NCBI GenBank assembly: GCA_016839265.1
Contig: JAEOUO010000004.1
Location: 1 to 32,000, forward strand
DNA: 32,000 bases
DNA from: Candidatus Odinarchaeota archaeon
GTDB lineage: Archaea; Asgardarchaeota; Odinarchaeia; Odinarchaeales; Odinarchaeaceae
Direction: 5' to 3'
Shown: in pieces, positions 1 through 8,818 of the stretch
Position numbering within the stretch: the stretch's first letter is position 1
Layout of the letters: every line of letters starts with the position of its first letter
The notes under the pieces: generated by a model
The model's database searches: none
Told to the model about the DNA's origin: nothing
What the model saw: only the letters and a program-made list of their open reading frames with translations
Translations under genes and position numbers: made by a program

Positions 1-75
1 GAAGTCTACCAGTGCCCGGTAGAGCTTATAGCTCACGGTGTTCCTCACCGTGTTTTAGGGAGGCATGAAGATTGA
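1..75 (+). CDS. znuC: 3' end of metal (Zn/Mn) ABC transporter ATP-binding subunit (partial)
   Basis: Frame 1 reads EVYQCPVELIAHGVPHRVLGRHED*, a His-containing tail typical of ZnuC/MntA ATPases; its TGA overlaps the permease TTG (ATTGA). Confidence 0.7.
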   Translation, partial: EVYQCPVELIAHGVPHRVLGRHED

Positions 76-893
76 TCCTTGAAATTTTCACTTACAGTTT
101 TATGCGAAACGCTTTAATCGCCGCTGTTATGGTCAGCGTGACTTGCGGTGTTGTAGGTACGCTTGTAGTTTTAAAAAAACTTGTTTTCATGAGCGGAGGT
201 ATATCTCACTCCGCTTTCGGTGGAATAGGGTTAGGCTACTTGCTTGGTTTAAACCCGGTGCTGGTCGCGATTCCCTTCAGCTTAGCCGCTTCTATTAGCG
301 TAGGTGTGATAGGGAGAAGAACAAGGGTAAGCGAGGATGTCTCTATTGGTATACTGTGGGCTGTCGGTATGGCTGCCGGTATAATATTTGTGAATTTAGC
401 TCCAGGCTACGCGCCGGATCTTTTCAGCTATCTTTTTGGGAGTATTCTCACTGTTCCTGTTTTCGATTTAATGATCATGTTCATCTTGAACATGGTTATT
501 TTAACGTTATTCCTTCTCTTTCATAAAGAATTTTATGCTATGTCATTCGACGAAGAATTCGCAACCGCCTCCGGGGTTCCTGTGAAACCGCTATATTACA
601 CGCTGCTAGCTATGATAGGTCTCAGTGTAGTGATACTTATCCGCGTGGTAGGGATTATTCTCGTAATCGCTCTTTTAACAATTCCCACTGTGATTAGCAT
701 GAAATTCACTAATGGAATGAAAAAATTAAGTTTCACATCCTCTATTATAGGTTTAATATGCACGGTTACAGGGCTATTTCTCTCATATATTTTTAATCTA
801 ACGTCCGGCGCTACTATCGTCATGGTTTTAGCAACTGCTTTTCTAATCTCCACGTTAATTAAACGTTTAAAAATTTTTAAAAAAAAGAGTTGA
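72..893 (+). CDS. znuB: Zn/Mn ABC transporter permease (ABC-3 family)
   Basis: 273 aa, highly hydrophobic; SGGISHSAFGG, YLFGSIL, SFDEEFA..SG and VGIILVIALL.IP motifs. Confidence 0.92.
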   Translation: MILEIFTYSFMRNALIAAVMVSVTCGVVGTLVVLKKLVFMSGGISHSAFGGIGLGYLLGLNPVLVAIPFSLAASISVGVIGRRTRVSEDVSIGILWAVGMAAGIIFVNLAPGYAPDLFSYLFGSILTVPVFDLMIMFILNMVILTLFLLFHKEFYAMSFDEEFATASGVPVKPLYYTLLAMIGLSVVILIRVVGIILVIALLTIPTVISMKFTNGMKKLSFTSSIIGLICTVTGLFLSYIFNLTSGATIVMVLATAFLISTLIKRLKIFKKKS

Positions 894-972
894 AATTAAT
901 AAAGCTTATAAAACCTTTCTTCTATTTAATTCTGCTAATTAACACTTATTTTCACTATTTGAGGGTTCACTC

Positions 973-2889
973 TTGTCTAATGAGGAGGCTTCTCTTAAAA
1001 GAGAGATCGGCTGGTACGGTTCCTTCGCTATGGGCTACGCGGATGTCGGCGCTGACATCTACGTGGCTTTAGGTCTTGTAGCGTTCTACGCTGCAGGAGG
1101 ATCCCCCCTCGCCTTCGCAATAGCCGCCACCACCTACGTGTGCACTGGTTTAGCTTACGCTGAGCTAGCTACAGCTTACCCTTATGCTGGTGGAGCTCAC
1201 GTTTACGCTATGAAAGCGTCAAACGATCTGTTAGGATTCATAGCAGGATGGGCTGTGATGCTAGATTATACTGTGAATATAGCGCTTTTCTCTTTAGCGA
1301 CATCCGGCTACCTGACTTTCTTCTTCCCTTATCTGAGAACTCTTTCACTGGATCTTAGCATGATAGGGTTACCGTTCTCTATACCCTATCTAGGATTAAT
1401 ATCTTTCAGTATTGTAATCGGCCTTATAATAATCAACGTTATAGGAATTAAGGAATCATCCGCGCTTAACGTGATCCTAGTAACATTGAATATTCTAGTT
1501 TTATCTATGATTGTTTTAATGGGGTTAATATTCGCCTTTAATATAGGTAACTTATTGAATCAAATATTCGTTTTAGGTCACCCTGTTCCATTACCGAATG
1601 TATCATATATTTTCAGCTCAGATTATCAGTTTCAAAACTTTCTTTACGGTATAACGATCGCGATGTCCTCTTTCATCGGGATAGAATCGATAGCTCAAGC
1701 CGCTGAAGAAACGAAGAAACCTTATAAATGGATTCCCCGAGCTAACAAGCTTTCCATACTCGCTGTTATTGTGTTCGCTCTGGGGCTTTCAACGATTGGA
1801 ATGGGGATTATTCCATGGAATGTTTTAGGATACTCTAAAGCTGATCCTATGGCTACACTCGCCTCCGCTATCCCTGTTATCGGCCAATTCATGGCGCCTA
1901 TAGTCGCGGTCACAGGCTTCGCGATATGCCTTGTGTCAACTAATACCGGTGTTATAGGAGTGTCTAGAGTAGTCTACTCTATGAGCCGCTTCAGCCTGTT
2001 ACCTAAATGGTTTTACACCACTCATAAAAATTTTAAAACACCTTACAGAACTATTATCGTTTTCAGTTTAATCGGTGGTTTTCTAACTATGACTGGTACA
2101 CTTGAGTTAATCGCCGACTTATATAATTTCGGCGCGCTTCTATCCTATTTAATAGTAAATATTTCTCTTATAATGCTTAGAAACCAGGATCCAAGCGCGT
2201 ACAGGTCTTGGAAGATTCCAGGAGAGTTGAAAATTAATTGGCATGGTAGAAAAATTATTATTCCAGCTGTAAGCCTTTTCGGCGCTTTTATGTGTACGAT
2301 TATCTGGAGTCTCATCATTTTATATCATCCAGAGGGTCGCCTTCTAGGCTCCATCTGGATTCTCATCGGTGTGATAGGTTACACTGTTTACCGTATTAAA
2401 ATAAAAAAGCCTATTCTATCTAAGGAGACAGGTAAAACAATTAAACCAAGCGGTTATAACATGAACGCGGTGATTCTTCTTCGAACACCTGAAGAAGAGG
2501 ATAAAATCGTGAATATGATTAGAACAGGCTTAGATAAACGATTTTCATTAACGCTTTTAACAATCCTTGACCCTGAAAACTATGGTTTACCTCCTGATAA
2601 AGTTGAATCTATTACTGAAATGAAAAAATTAGAGGACGAAGTGTTCTCTGAACTTTCATCTATCGCAGCTCAACTTCAAAAACTAGGTTACCAGGTGAAT
2701 GTTAAAATTAGAATAGGCTCGTTAAACTCTATTATTATCAGTGAACTTGAATCCGAAGATAACGATATACTGGTTTTCGTTAAAAGAAAACTATTTAAAA
2801 AAGACTTTAAAAAAGACTTTGATGACTCGACTATTTTATATGTGACGAGTAAATATCCTGGTAAAGTAATGGTTTTAAGGAGAGATTGA
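973..2889 (+). CDS. APC-family amino acid permease with C-terminal USP-like soluble domain
   Basis: About 12 TM segments; TM1 GYADVGADIY, ELATAYPYAGG, FIGIESIAQAAEE, SRVVYSMSR, HKNFKTPY; last ~140 aa are an alpha/beta USP-like domain; GAGGG SD before the TTG. Confidence 0.88.
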   Translation: MSNEEASLKREIGWYGSFAMGYADVGADIYVALGLVAFYAAGGSPLAFAIAATTYVCTGLAYAELATAYPYAGGAHVYAMKASNDLLGFIAGWAVMLDYTVNIALFSLATSGYLTFFFPYLRTLSLDLSMIGLPFSIPYLGLISFSIVIGLIIINVIGIKESSALNVILVTLNILVLSMIVLMGLIFAFNIGNLLNQIFVLGHPVPLPNVSYIFSSDYQFQNFLYGITIAMSSFIGIESIAQAAEETKKPYKWIPRANKLSILAVIVFALGLSTIGMGIIPWNVLGYSKADPMATLASAIPVIGQFMAPIVAVTGFAICLVSTNTGVIGVSRVVYSMSRFSLLPKWFYTTHKNFKTPYRTIIVFSLIGGFLTMTGTLELIADLYNFGALLSYLIVNISLIMLRNQDPSAYRSWKIPGELKINWHGRKIIIPAVSLFGAFMCTIIWSLIILYHPEGRLLGSIWILIGVIGYTVYRIKIKKPILSKETGKTIKPSGYNMNAVILLRTPEEEDKIVNMIRTGLDKRFSLTLLTILDPENYGLPPDKVESITEMKKLEDEVFSELSSIAAQLQKLGYQVNVKIRIGSLNSIIISELESEDNDILVFVKRKLFKKDFKKDFDDSTILYVTSKYPGKVMVLRRD

Positions 2890-2890
2890 A

Positions 2891-3157
2891 ATGTCTATTG
2901 AAGTTATTATAAACGTATATGTTGTATCTGAGAAAATGGACTATGTGGTTGATAAACTTAAACCTCTACCTGAAGTAGTCGATTTATACGAGGTTACAGG
3001 GGAATCAGATATAATTCTGATGGTTAAAACCGAGGATATAAGTGAGTTCCGCGATTTTCTGAAAAATAAATTGATGAAAATCGACGGGGTTAGAAGCACC
3101 GTAACCTCCGTAGTGCTACATAGACATAAACGTGAAGGTGTTATTATAGAGGTATGA
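2891..3157 (+). CDS. Stand-alone Lrp/AsnC ligand-binding (RAM) domain protein
   Basis: 88 aa; LYEVTGESDIILMV and IDGVRSTVTS match the RAM domain; no HTH. Confidence 0.85.
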   Translation: MSIEVIINVYVVSEKMDYVVDKLKPLPEVVDLYEVTGESDIILMVKTEDISEFRDFLKNKLMKIDGVRSTVTSVVLHRHKREGVIIEV

Positions 3158-3162
3158 GTTAA

Positions 3163-3618
3163 ATGAGCCGGGTTAAAAAGACTAAGGTTCTTCTACCTAT
3201 CACTCTGAAAGTTAACAGAGAACTATTACTGAAAGGGTTTGAAATATTAAAAGGTTTAAAAAACCCTGATTTAACAGTTTTCCATGTATTAGAGCTTCCT
3301 GTAACTGCTTCTCTAGATATTTCAGAGCATGATAAAAAAATTAAAGAATTAAAACAGCAGTTAATCCCTACTATTAAATGGATTGAAGAGCAGACATTTA
3401 AAATAAATAGTAAAATTGTTGTAGCCCGTCACATCTCGGAAGCAATAGTGGAGGAAGCTAACAGCGGGGACTATGATCTTGTAATTTTATCGAAAAGAGC
3501 ACCTCCTAAAGGTTTAAAAAGAATATTTCATAGAAGCCACTCAGATTATGTTACCGGTAAAATCAACTGTCCAGCGCTTATTCTCGTAGATAAGAAACCA
3601 AAATCTTCAAGACTTTGA
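3163..3618 (+). CDS. Universal stress protein (USP)
   Basis: KVLLPI..., TVFHVLE, ISEAIVEEA..GDYDLVIL, SDYVTGKINCPALIL pattern. Confidence 0.85.
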   Translation: MSRVKKTKVLLPITLKVNRELLLKGFEILKGLKNPDLTVFHVLELPVTASLDISEHDKKIKELKQQLIPTIKWIEEQTFKINSKIVVARHISEAIVEEANSGDYDLVILSKRAPPKGLKRIFHRSHSDYVTGKINCPALILVDKKPKSSRL

Positions 3619-5004
3619 TAAACTTATGAAAGGCGCAGGTATACGTCCACCGCGTTGAATCAGTTTCGAAGATTTAAATCTGCTAACCGTCATTACAGGC
3701 GCAGCTCCGAGTAAACCCCCGTAGTCCACCCAATCCCCGGGTTTCTTACCGTAGACAGGTATAAGACGGGCGCCGACTGTTTTGCGGTTAATCACTCCAA
3801 GCGCGATTATATCACCTATTAGCGCAGCAATCGTCTCCGGGCTGGTATCCCATGGGAGGGGGATCATATCAAGACCTGTAGAGCATACACCGCTCATAGC
3901 TTTTAAATGATCTATTGTTAAAGCGCCTTCACTAACCGCTTTAGCGATAATATCATCTTCTAACACTGGTATGAAAACTCCGCTCTGTCCTCCTACATAT
4001 TTTGAAGCCATGCTTCCCCCTTTCTTCAACGCATCTGTGATAATGGCGATAGCTAAAACACTTCCAGGCGCTCCGAACCTTTCCAATCCTATACTCTCCA
4101 CTATGCCTCCTACACTGTTACCACCTTCAGGTGAAGGGGCTAGTGAAAGATCCACACCACCGAAGTCCACTTTCATCTCTTCTGCTATCCTTCTTCCGAT
4201 AAGCTCCCCAGCTCTGGTTACTTTAAAACTAGTTGACTTAATCGCTTCAACAACATCCCCAAGCGAAGCTTTATCCTCTAAATTATTTAAAACCGCGTGA
4301 ACAACACCAGGTCCGCTTATACCAACAGTTAACGAGACATCACTGTCCCCTATACTGTGAAACGCGCCTGGTAGAAACGGTGTTCCCTCAGCCGCGTTAG
4401 CCATCACCATAAGCTTCGCGCAGCCTACACTGTTTTCATTTTTCGTATTATAAGCGATATCTTTAATCACATACCCTATTCGCTTAACCATATCCATGTT
4501 TATACCGCTCTCGGTAGAAGCAACGTTTATAAACGAGAAAACTCTCTTCGTGGTGGATAACACTGTAGGTAAGCTTTCTATAAGTTTTTCATCCGCTTCA
4601 GATGCACCTCGGTGTACAAAACACGAGTAACCGCCGATGTAGTCCACCCCTGCGTCAACTACAGCTTTCTCAAGGGTTTCCGCGATTTTTAAACAGATTT
4701 TACTTTTATCAGAGTCGCTTTGATTCCTTAAAAGGCTTCCAAGAATTATTGAGATAGGTGTAACCGCGATACGCTTATTAACTATTGGAACCCCGTAAGA
4801 TCTCTGAACCTCTTTGCAGCTTTCATCAAATTGTTTAGAATAAGACATTATCTTATAATATATTTTATCACATGTCTCTTCAACGCTTCCCCCGATACAG
4901 TCTAGGAGGCTGATACCTAAAGTAGCTGCTCTAATATTCAGCTTCTGTAATGTAATCATTCTAATAGTTTCAATTATCTCCTCTGTATCTAGTAGCGCAG
5001 GCAT
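3607..5004 (-). CDS. DUF711/UPF0210 (PFL/RNR-like barrel) family protein
   Basis: ETIRMI..QKLNIRAATLGISLLDC, GVPIVNKRIAVTPI, GISGPGVV, DLSLAPSP, MSGVCSTGLDMI, GRIPAP; follows the ACT gene, as is usual for this family. Confidence 0.92.
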   Translation of the reverse strand: MPALLDTEEIIETIRMITLQKLNIRAATLGISLLDCIGGSVEETCDKIYYKIMSYSKQFDESCKEVQRSYGVPIVNKRIAVTPISIILGSLLRNQSDSDKSKICLKIAETLEKAVVDAGVDYIGGYSCFVHRGASEADEKLIESLPTVLSTTKRVFSFINVASTESGINMDMVKRIGYVIKDIAYNTKNENSVGCAKLMVMANAAEGTPFLPGAFHSIGDSDVSLTVGISGPGVVHAVLNNLEDKASLGDVVEAIKSTSFKVTRAGELIGRRIAEEMKVDFGGVDLSLAPSPEGGNSVGGIVESIGLERFGAPGSVLAIAIITDALKKGGSMASKYVGGQSGVFIPVLEDDIIAKAVSEGALTIDHLKAMSGVCSTGLDMIPLPWDTSPETIAALIGDIIALGVINRKTVGARLIPVYGKKPGDWVDYGGLLGAAPVMTVSRFKSSKLIQRGGRIPAPFISLSKS

Positions 5005-5018
5005 TTATTCTAAGCCCC

Positions 5019-5315
5019 CTAAACTCTATGAAGGAATTTAAAAATCTCCTCTTTAAGCGCGATTAATGTGACTCCTGTTTCCTCCTCCTTCTTTTTAAGA
5101 ATATTTTTAAGCTCATCATAGCTGATCTTCGCTTCACTCATATCAGCGATCATAATCATAGTGAATACAGGTGTCCCTGATTGAAGAATAGTTGAACGCA
5201 TATCCTCTATGTTAATATTATTCTCAGCTAGTATATTCGCCACCATCGCCACTATCCCAGGTCGGTCAACTCCGACAACAGTTATCACAATTTTCTTCTC
5301 ATCCATTAACCTCAC
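5019..5315 (-). CDS. ACT-domain protein (UPF0237 family)
   Basis: VITVVGVDRPGIVA ACT signature; C-terminal EEIFKFLHRV; conserved partner of DUF711. Confidence 0.9.
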   Translation of the reverse strand: MRLMDEKKIVITVVGVDRPGIVAMVANILAENNINIEDMRSTILQSGTPVFTMIMIADMSEAKISYDELKNILKKKEEETGVTLIALKEEIFKFLHRV

Positions 5316-5327
5316 CGGTAAACCAGT

Positions 5328-5345
5328 CAGTTAACTCATTAACTG
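5328..5345. promoter_or_regulatory. 7-4-7 palindrome in the ACT/RuBisCO divergent promoter
   Basis: CAGTTAA-CTCA-TTAACTG, next to a TATA-like TTTAAATATATAAAA run. Confidence 0.3.
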
Positions 5346-5402
5346 TTTAAATATATAAAAATATTTTAATAATCGATTAATCTATAGTTTCAAGGTGGTT
5401 TA

Positions 5403-6644
5403 ATGTCTTATATTAATCTAAACCTTCAAGTGGATCCTGAAAGATACGTTATAGCTGATTACACTCTTGAAAGCGATCTACCTTTAGAGATTGCAGCTGA
5501 GAAACTTGCAGCTGAGGAAAGCACTGGAACATGGACGGAGATCTCTACAACTAATACTAGAATAGTTGAGGAGCTTGGAGCTAAAGTCTTCTATATTGAT
5601 AAATCGAAAAATTTTGTTAGAGTAGCCTACCCGCTTGACGACTTCAGCTGGGATATAGGTGGAATTCCTCAATTTTTAAGCGTAGTAGCTGGTAACTTTT
5701 TCGGTTTAGAGCAGTTGAAAAACGCTAGACTACTCGATGTACACTTGCCGAATCAGGTTATAAAATTATTTAAGGGGCCGAAATTCGGTTTACACGGTGT
5801 TAAAAAACTCATGAACTGTGAGCATATGCCTTCTATAGGGGGTACAGTTAAACCGAAAATAGGGTTACCAGCTAGAAAATACGGTGAACTAGTGTATCTT
5901 TTCGGTTTAGGTGGTTTAACAGCAGGGAAAGATGATGAAACCCTTGTAAACCAGAAATTCTGCCCGCTTATAGACCGAGTTATAGCAGTCAGAGAAGCGA
6001 TAGATAAAGTTAAAGATGAAACAGGTCAAAGCATGCTTTACTCTGTAAACGTGACTACGAGAACAGATCAAATACTAGAAGTAGCTGATAAAGCTATCAG
6101 TCATGGGGCTAACCAGCTTTTAGTCGACTTGATAGTAGCAGGGTTCAGCGCGGTTCAAACATTAGCTGAAGACCCTAGTATAAATGTTCCCATCCACTGT
6201 CATAGAGCTATGCACGCTGCTTTCACGCGAAATCCTAAACACGGAATATCCATGAAAGTGGTTGGTAAAATATGCCGCCTAGTAGGCGGGGATATCTTAC
6301 ATGTGGGAACATGGGGTGTAGGTAAAATGCACGGTGAAGCTGATGAAACCCAGCTATACGCGGATGCAATAACACAGCTTATGGGCCACTTGAAACCTAT
6401 GCTGCCTATGGCTAGCGGTGGATTACACCCCGGCTCAGTTGAGCTTCTCGTTAAGAGAGCTGGAATAAATATTCAAATACAAGCAGGCGGCGGGATTGCA
6501 GGTCACCCTGATGGTGTACTAGCCGGAGCTAAAGCTTTACGTCAAGCTGTAGACGCAGTGGTGCAAGGGATCCAGGTTGAAGAATACGCGAAAACACATA
6601 GTGAGCTTAAAAAAGCTATAGAACACTGGGGTGTAGTTCGCTAA
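5403..6644 (+). CDS. rbcL: Form III (archaeal) RuBisCO large subunit
   Basis: All canonical catalytic residues are visible: AEESTGT, GN, KPK, KDDE (K176 at nt 5928), HCHRAMH, LHVGT..GK, SGG, GGG. The pathway partners are adjacent. Confidence 0.92.
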   Translation: MSYINLNLQVDPERYVIADYTLESDLPLEIAAEKLAAEESTGTWTEISTTNTRIVEELGAKVFYIDKSKNFVRVAYPLDDFSWDIGGIPQFLSVVAGNFFGLEQLKNARLLDVHLPNQVIKLFKGPKFGLHGVKKLMNCEHMPSIGGTVKPKIGLPARKYGELVYLFGLGGLTAGKDDETLVNQKFCPLIDRVIAVREAIDKVKDETGQSMLYSVNVTTRTDQILEVADKAISHGANQLLVDLIVAGFSAVQTLAEDPSINVPIHCHRAMHAAFTRNPKHGISMKVVGKICRLVGGDILHVGTWGVGKMHGEADETQLYADAITQLMGHLKPMLPMASGGLHPGSVELLVKRAGINIQIQAGGGIAGHPDGVLAGAKALRQAVDAVVQGIQVEEYAKTHSELKKAIEHWGVVR

Positions 6645-6674
6645 ACATTTTATTTTAAAATTTATAATCGGTAG

Positions 6675-7652
6675 CTAAATTATTTCGTAGTCTTCTATAA
6701 TCTGGTTTTCAAAACTTTTTCTAAAACCGGTTTTACTATAGAAAACATCTTTATTCATTACTATAAGAGGGTGATCGAACATGTCACCGCAGAAATCTAA
6801 GTCATCAACCGGAGGTTTCACTAAAATTATCTTTCTATTAAATATTAACTGTTCAATTTTCTCAACCATATAGTTTTCCATTTCTTCGAATCCGCGCAGT
6901 AACATGTTTAAAGGTGTATCTAGAAATAAAGGTCTTAATTTCACAACTGTTCTAGACGCTTTCCGCCTTCTAAGATCATTTTTTTCAACCAATATCTTAA
7001 TATCTCCTTTACTATCCACAGGAGGTGCTATGAACGCCATCTCCCCGCTTCCACTATTAAAGTCTTCGCGTAAAACAAGCTTATCATACTCTCCTAAAAT
7101 ATTATCTAATTCTTTAAGCGATTTCAGAAAATCCTCTCTACTGCAAGTTTTCCTGTGAACCGAAAAAAACTCACCGCCGGTTTTAATAAGAGCTTGAACA
7201 TCTCCGTTTAACACCATATAACTCGCTTCGTTTAGATTTAAGGAGTTAACCTTATTTACAGTGAAGCCTGCGTTTAAAATACTTTCTAAATTTATTTCTC
7301 TATTAAACTTTAAAACCCAACTATCCCGTTTAAAATATGATTCCCTTAGAATATTTAACGGAGCGTAAACTTTACACTTCTCTTTTAAACCGATCTCTCT
7401 TAAAGCGAATACTCTATGAGTTCCATCCGCTATAACATAATCCGCTCCTAGCTCTGTGACAAGTATCGGATGAAGGAACCCTTCTGAACTGAAACTTTCA
7501 ATCAACCTGTCTATAACAGTTTTATCTGAAACAGTCTTTTCATGTTCAACAATATGGTTAATCTCCGATAAACCGAATTCAACTATAAAATCACCGTTTA
7601 AATTCGAGAATTTAACTTTCCAAGAGTGTTCACCGAAATTAAATGTTATCAT
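6675..7652 (-). CDS. ParB/Srx-fold protein of the SerK/SbnI free-serine-kinase type
   Basis: H37-E38, HPIL, D76-GTHR, W112 and K231-ASR-T correspond to SerK motifs as I recall them; strong AGGTGAGG SD before the ATG. Confidence 0.65.
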   Translation of the reverse strand: MITFNFGEHSWKVKFSNLNGDFIVEFGLSEINHIVEHEKTVSDKTVIDRLIESFSSEGFLHPILVTELGADYVIADGTHRVFALREIGLKEKCKVYAPLNILRESYFKRDSWVLKFNREINLESILNAGFTVNKVNSLNLNEASYMVLNGDVQALIKTGGEFFSVHRKTCSREDFLKSLKELDNILGEYDKLVLREDFNSGSGEMAFIAPPVDSKGDIKILVEKNDLRRRKASRTVVKLRPLFLDTPLNMLLRGFEEMENYMVEKIEQLIFNRKIILVKPPVDDLDFCGDMFDHPLIVMNKDVFYSKTGFRKSFENQIIEDYEII

Positions 7653-7872
7653 AACCTCACCTAGAATATCTTCTATAAATCTTAAATTTTACATATAAAA
7701 CATTAATTGTCTACTAGATTCAGCCTATTTCATAGAGGATTACAACTTAAACATAGTTAAATTTTATTCTTTAAAAATAAGAATTTTAAGAGATATAGTA
7801 AATTTCTGATTTAATAAATTGTTTAATATGTTTTTATATAACGCCTGTTTAATATTTTTCACAGTGATATTT

Positions 7873-8796
7873 ATGGAGATTGTTGAAAAAACAGCCGCTG
7901 ACATTAAAAACTTGAGGATTCAAGGAGCCACTAATATCGCGGTTAAAGCTTTAACAGCTATAACTGACCAGATTAAGAGTTTAAACCCTAAAACAATTCA
8001 AGAAGCGCTTTCGCAACTTCATAAAATGAAGGAAACACTGTTTCAAAGCAGGCCTACTGAGCCTACTATGAGAACCGGAGTTAAATATATACTCTATAAT
8101 TTACAGCGAAACCTCCCTGACCCTGTTAACATAAGTGACGTGATATCTTCTTTAGCCTCCCAGTATATTACACTTCTTAAAGAAGCTAAAGCTAGAATTC
8201 AGGTGATCGGCGCTAATAGAATAGTAGACGGAATGACTATAATGACACACTGTCACAGTTCTATTGTGAGCGGGATTATTATTAAAGCATTTCAGGATGG
8301 TAAAAAATTTGATGTAGTGTGTACGGAGACAAGACCTCTATATCAAGGGCATATAACTGCTAGAGAGCTAAGTGAGAAAGGGGTTAAAACCACGCTTATC
8401 GTTGATTCTGCGATGAGATGGGCTGTTCAACAGAAAGAAGTGGATTTAATTCTCGTCGGCGCTGACGCGATTACATCTGAAGGTGTTGTTTTAAATAAGA
8501 TAGGGACAAGATTACTCGCCTTAGCCGCTGAAGAATATAATGTCCCCTTTTACGTAGCCACTCCATCTTTTAAATTCTCACCTGAAACAGTTATAGGTAA
8601 CCTTGAGAAAATAGAGTTAAGGGATCCAGGAGAGGTTTGGGATTCGCCTCCTGAAAATCTTAGAATAGATAATCCTGCTTTCGAAACCGTGGCTAGAAAA
8701 TATATTCACGGAATAATCACAGAGCTGGGGATACTGCCTCCAGGATACCTTTACGGCGCGATTGTTGAGAAGTATCCTTTTATATTCTCGGATTAA
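7873..8796 (+). CDS. Ribose-1,5-bisphosphate isomerase (eIF-2B-like family)
   Basis: RIQGA, SRPTEP, THCHS (catalytic Cys), ETRP, GADAI (catalytic Asp), NKIGT. I prefer ATG 7873 with a GTGAT SD over the track start at 7819. Confidence 0.9.
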   Translation: MEIVEKTAADIKNLRIQGATNIAVKALTAITDQIKSLNPKTIQEALSQLHKMKETLFQSRPTEPTMRTGVKYILYNLQRNLPDPVNISDVISSLASQYITLLKEAKARIQVIGANRIVDGMTIMTHCHSSIVSGIIIKAFQDGKKFDVVCTETRPLYQGHITARELSEKGVKTTLIVDSAMRWAVQQKEVDLILVGADAITSEGVVLNKIGTRLLALAAEEYNVPFYVATPSFKFSPETVIGNLEKIELRDPGEVWDSPPENLRIDNPAFETVARKYIHGIITELGILPPGYLYGAIVEKYPFIFSD

Positions 8797-8818
8797 AGTT
8801 ATTTTAAAGGTGTGAAAA

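Noticed and set aside
2794-2820. 12-bp tandem duplication TTTAAAAAAGAC x2 (KKDFKKDF)
   Set aside because: In-frame slippage in a low-complexity loop, only two copies; no evidence of function.
5403-6644. RuBisCO-like protein (form IV) interpretation
   Set aside because: The full catalytic set, including H-R-A-M-H and the loop-6 Lys, is present, and both upstream pathway genes are adjacent.
6675-7652. Chromosome-partitioning ParB interpretation
   Set aside because: No HTH or parA neighbour; the motifs after the ParB/Srx core follow the SerK pattern.
7873-8796. MtnA or eIF-2B subunit interpretation
   Set aside because: The THCHS and GADAI residues plus operon position with AMP phosphorylase favour R15P isomerase.
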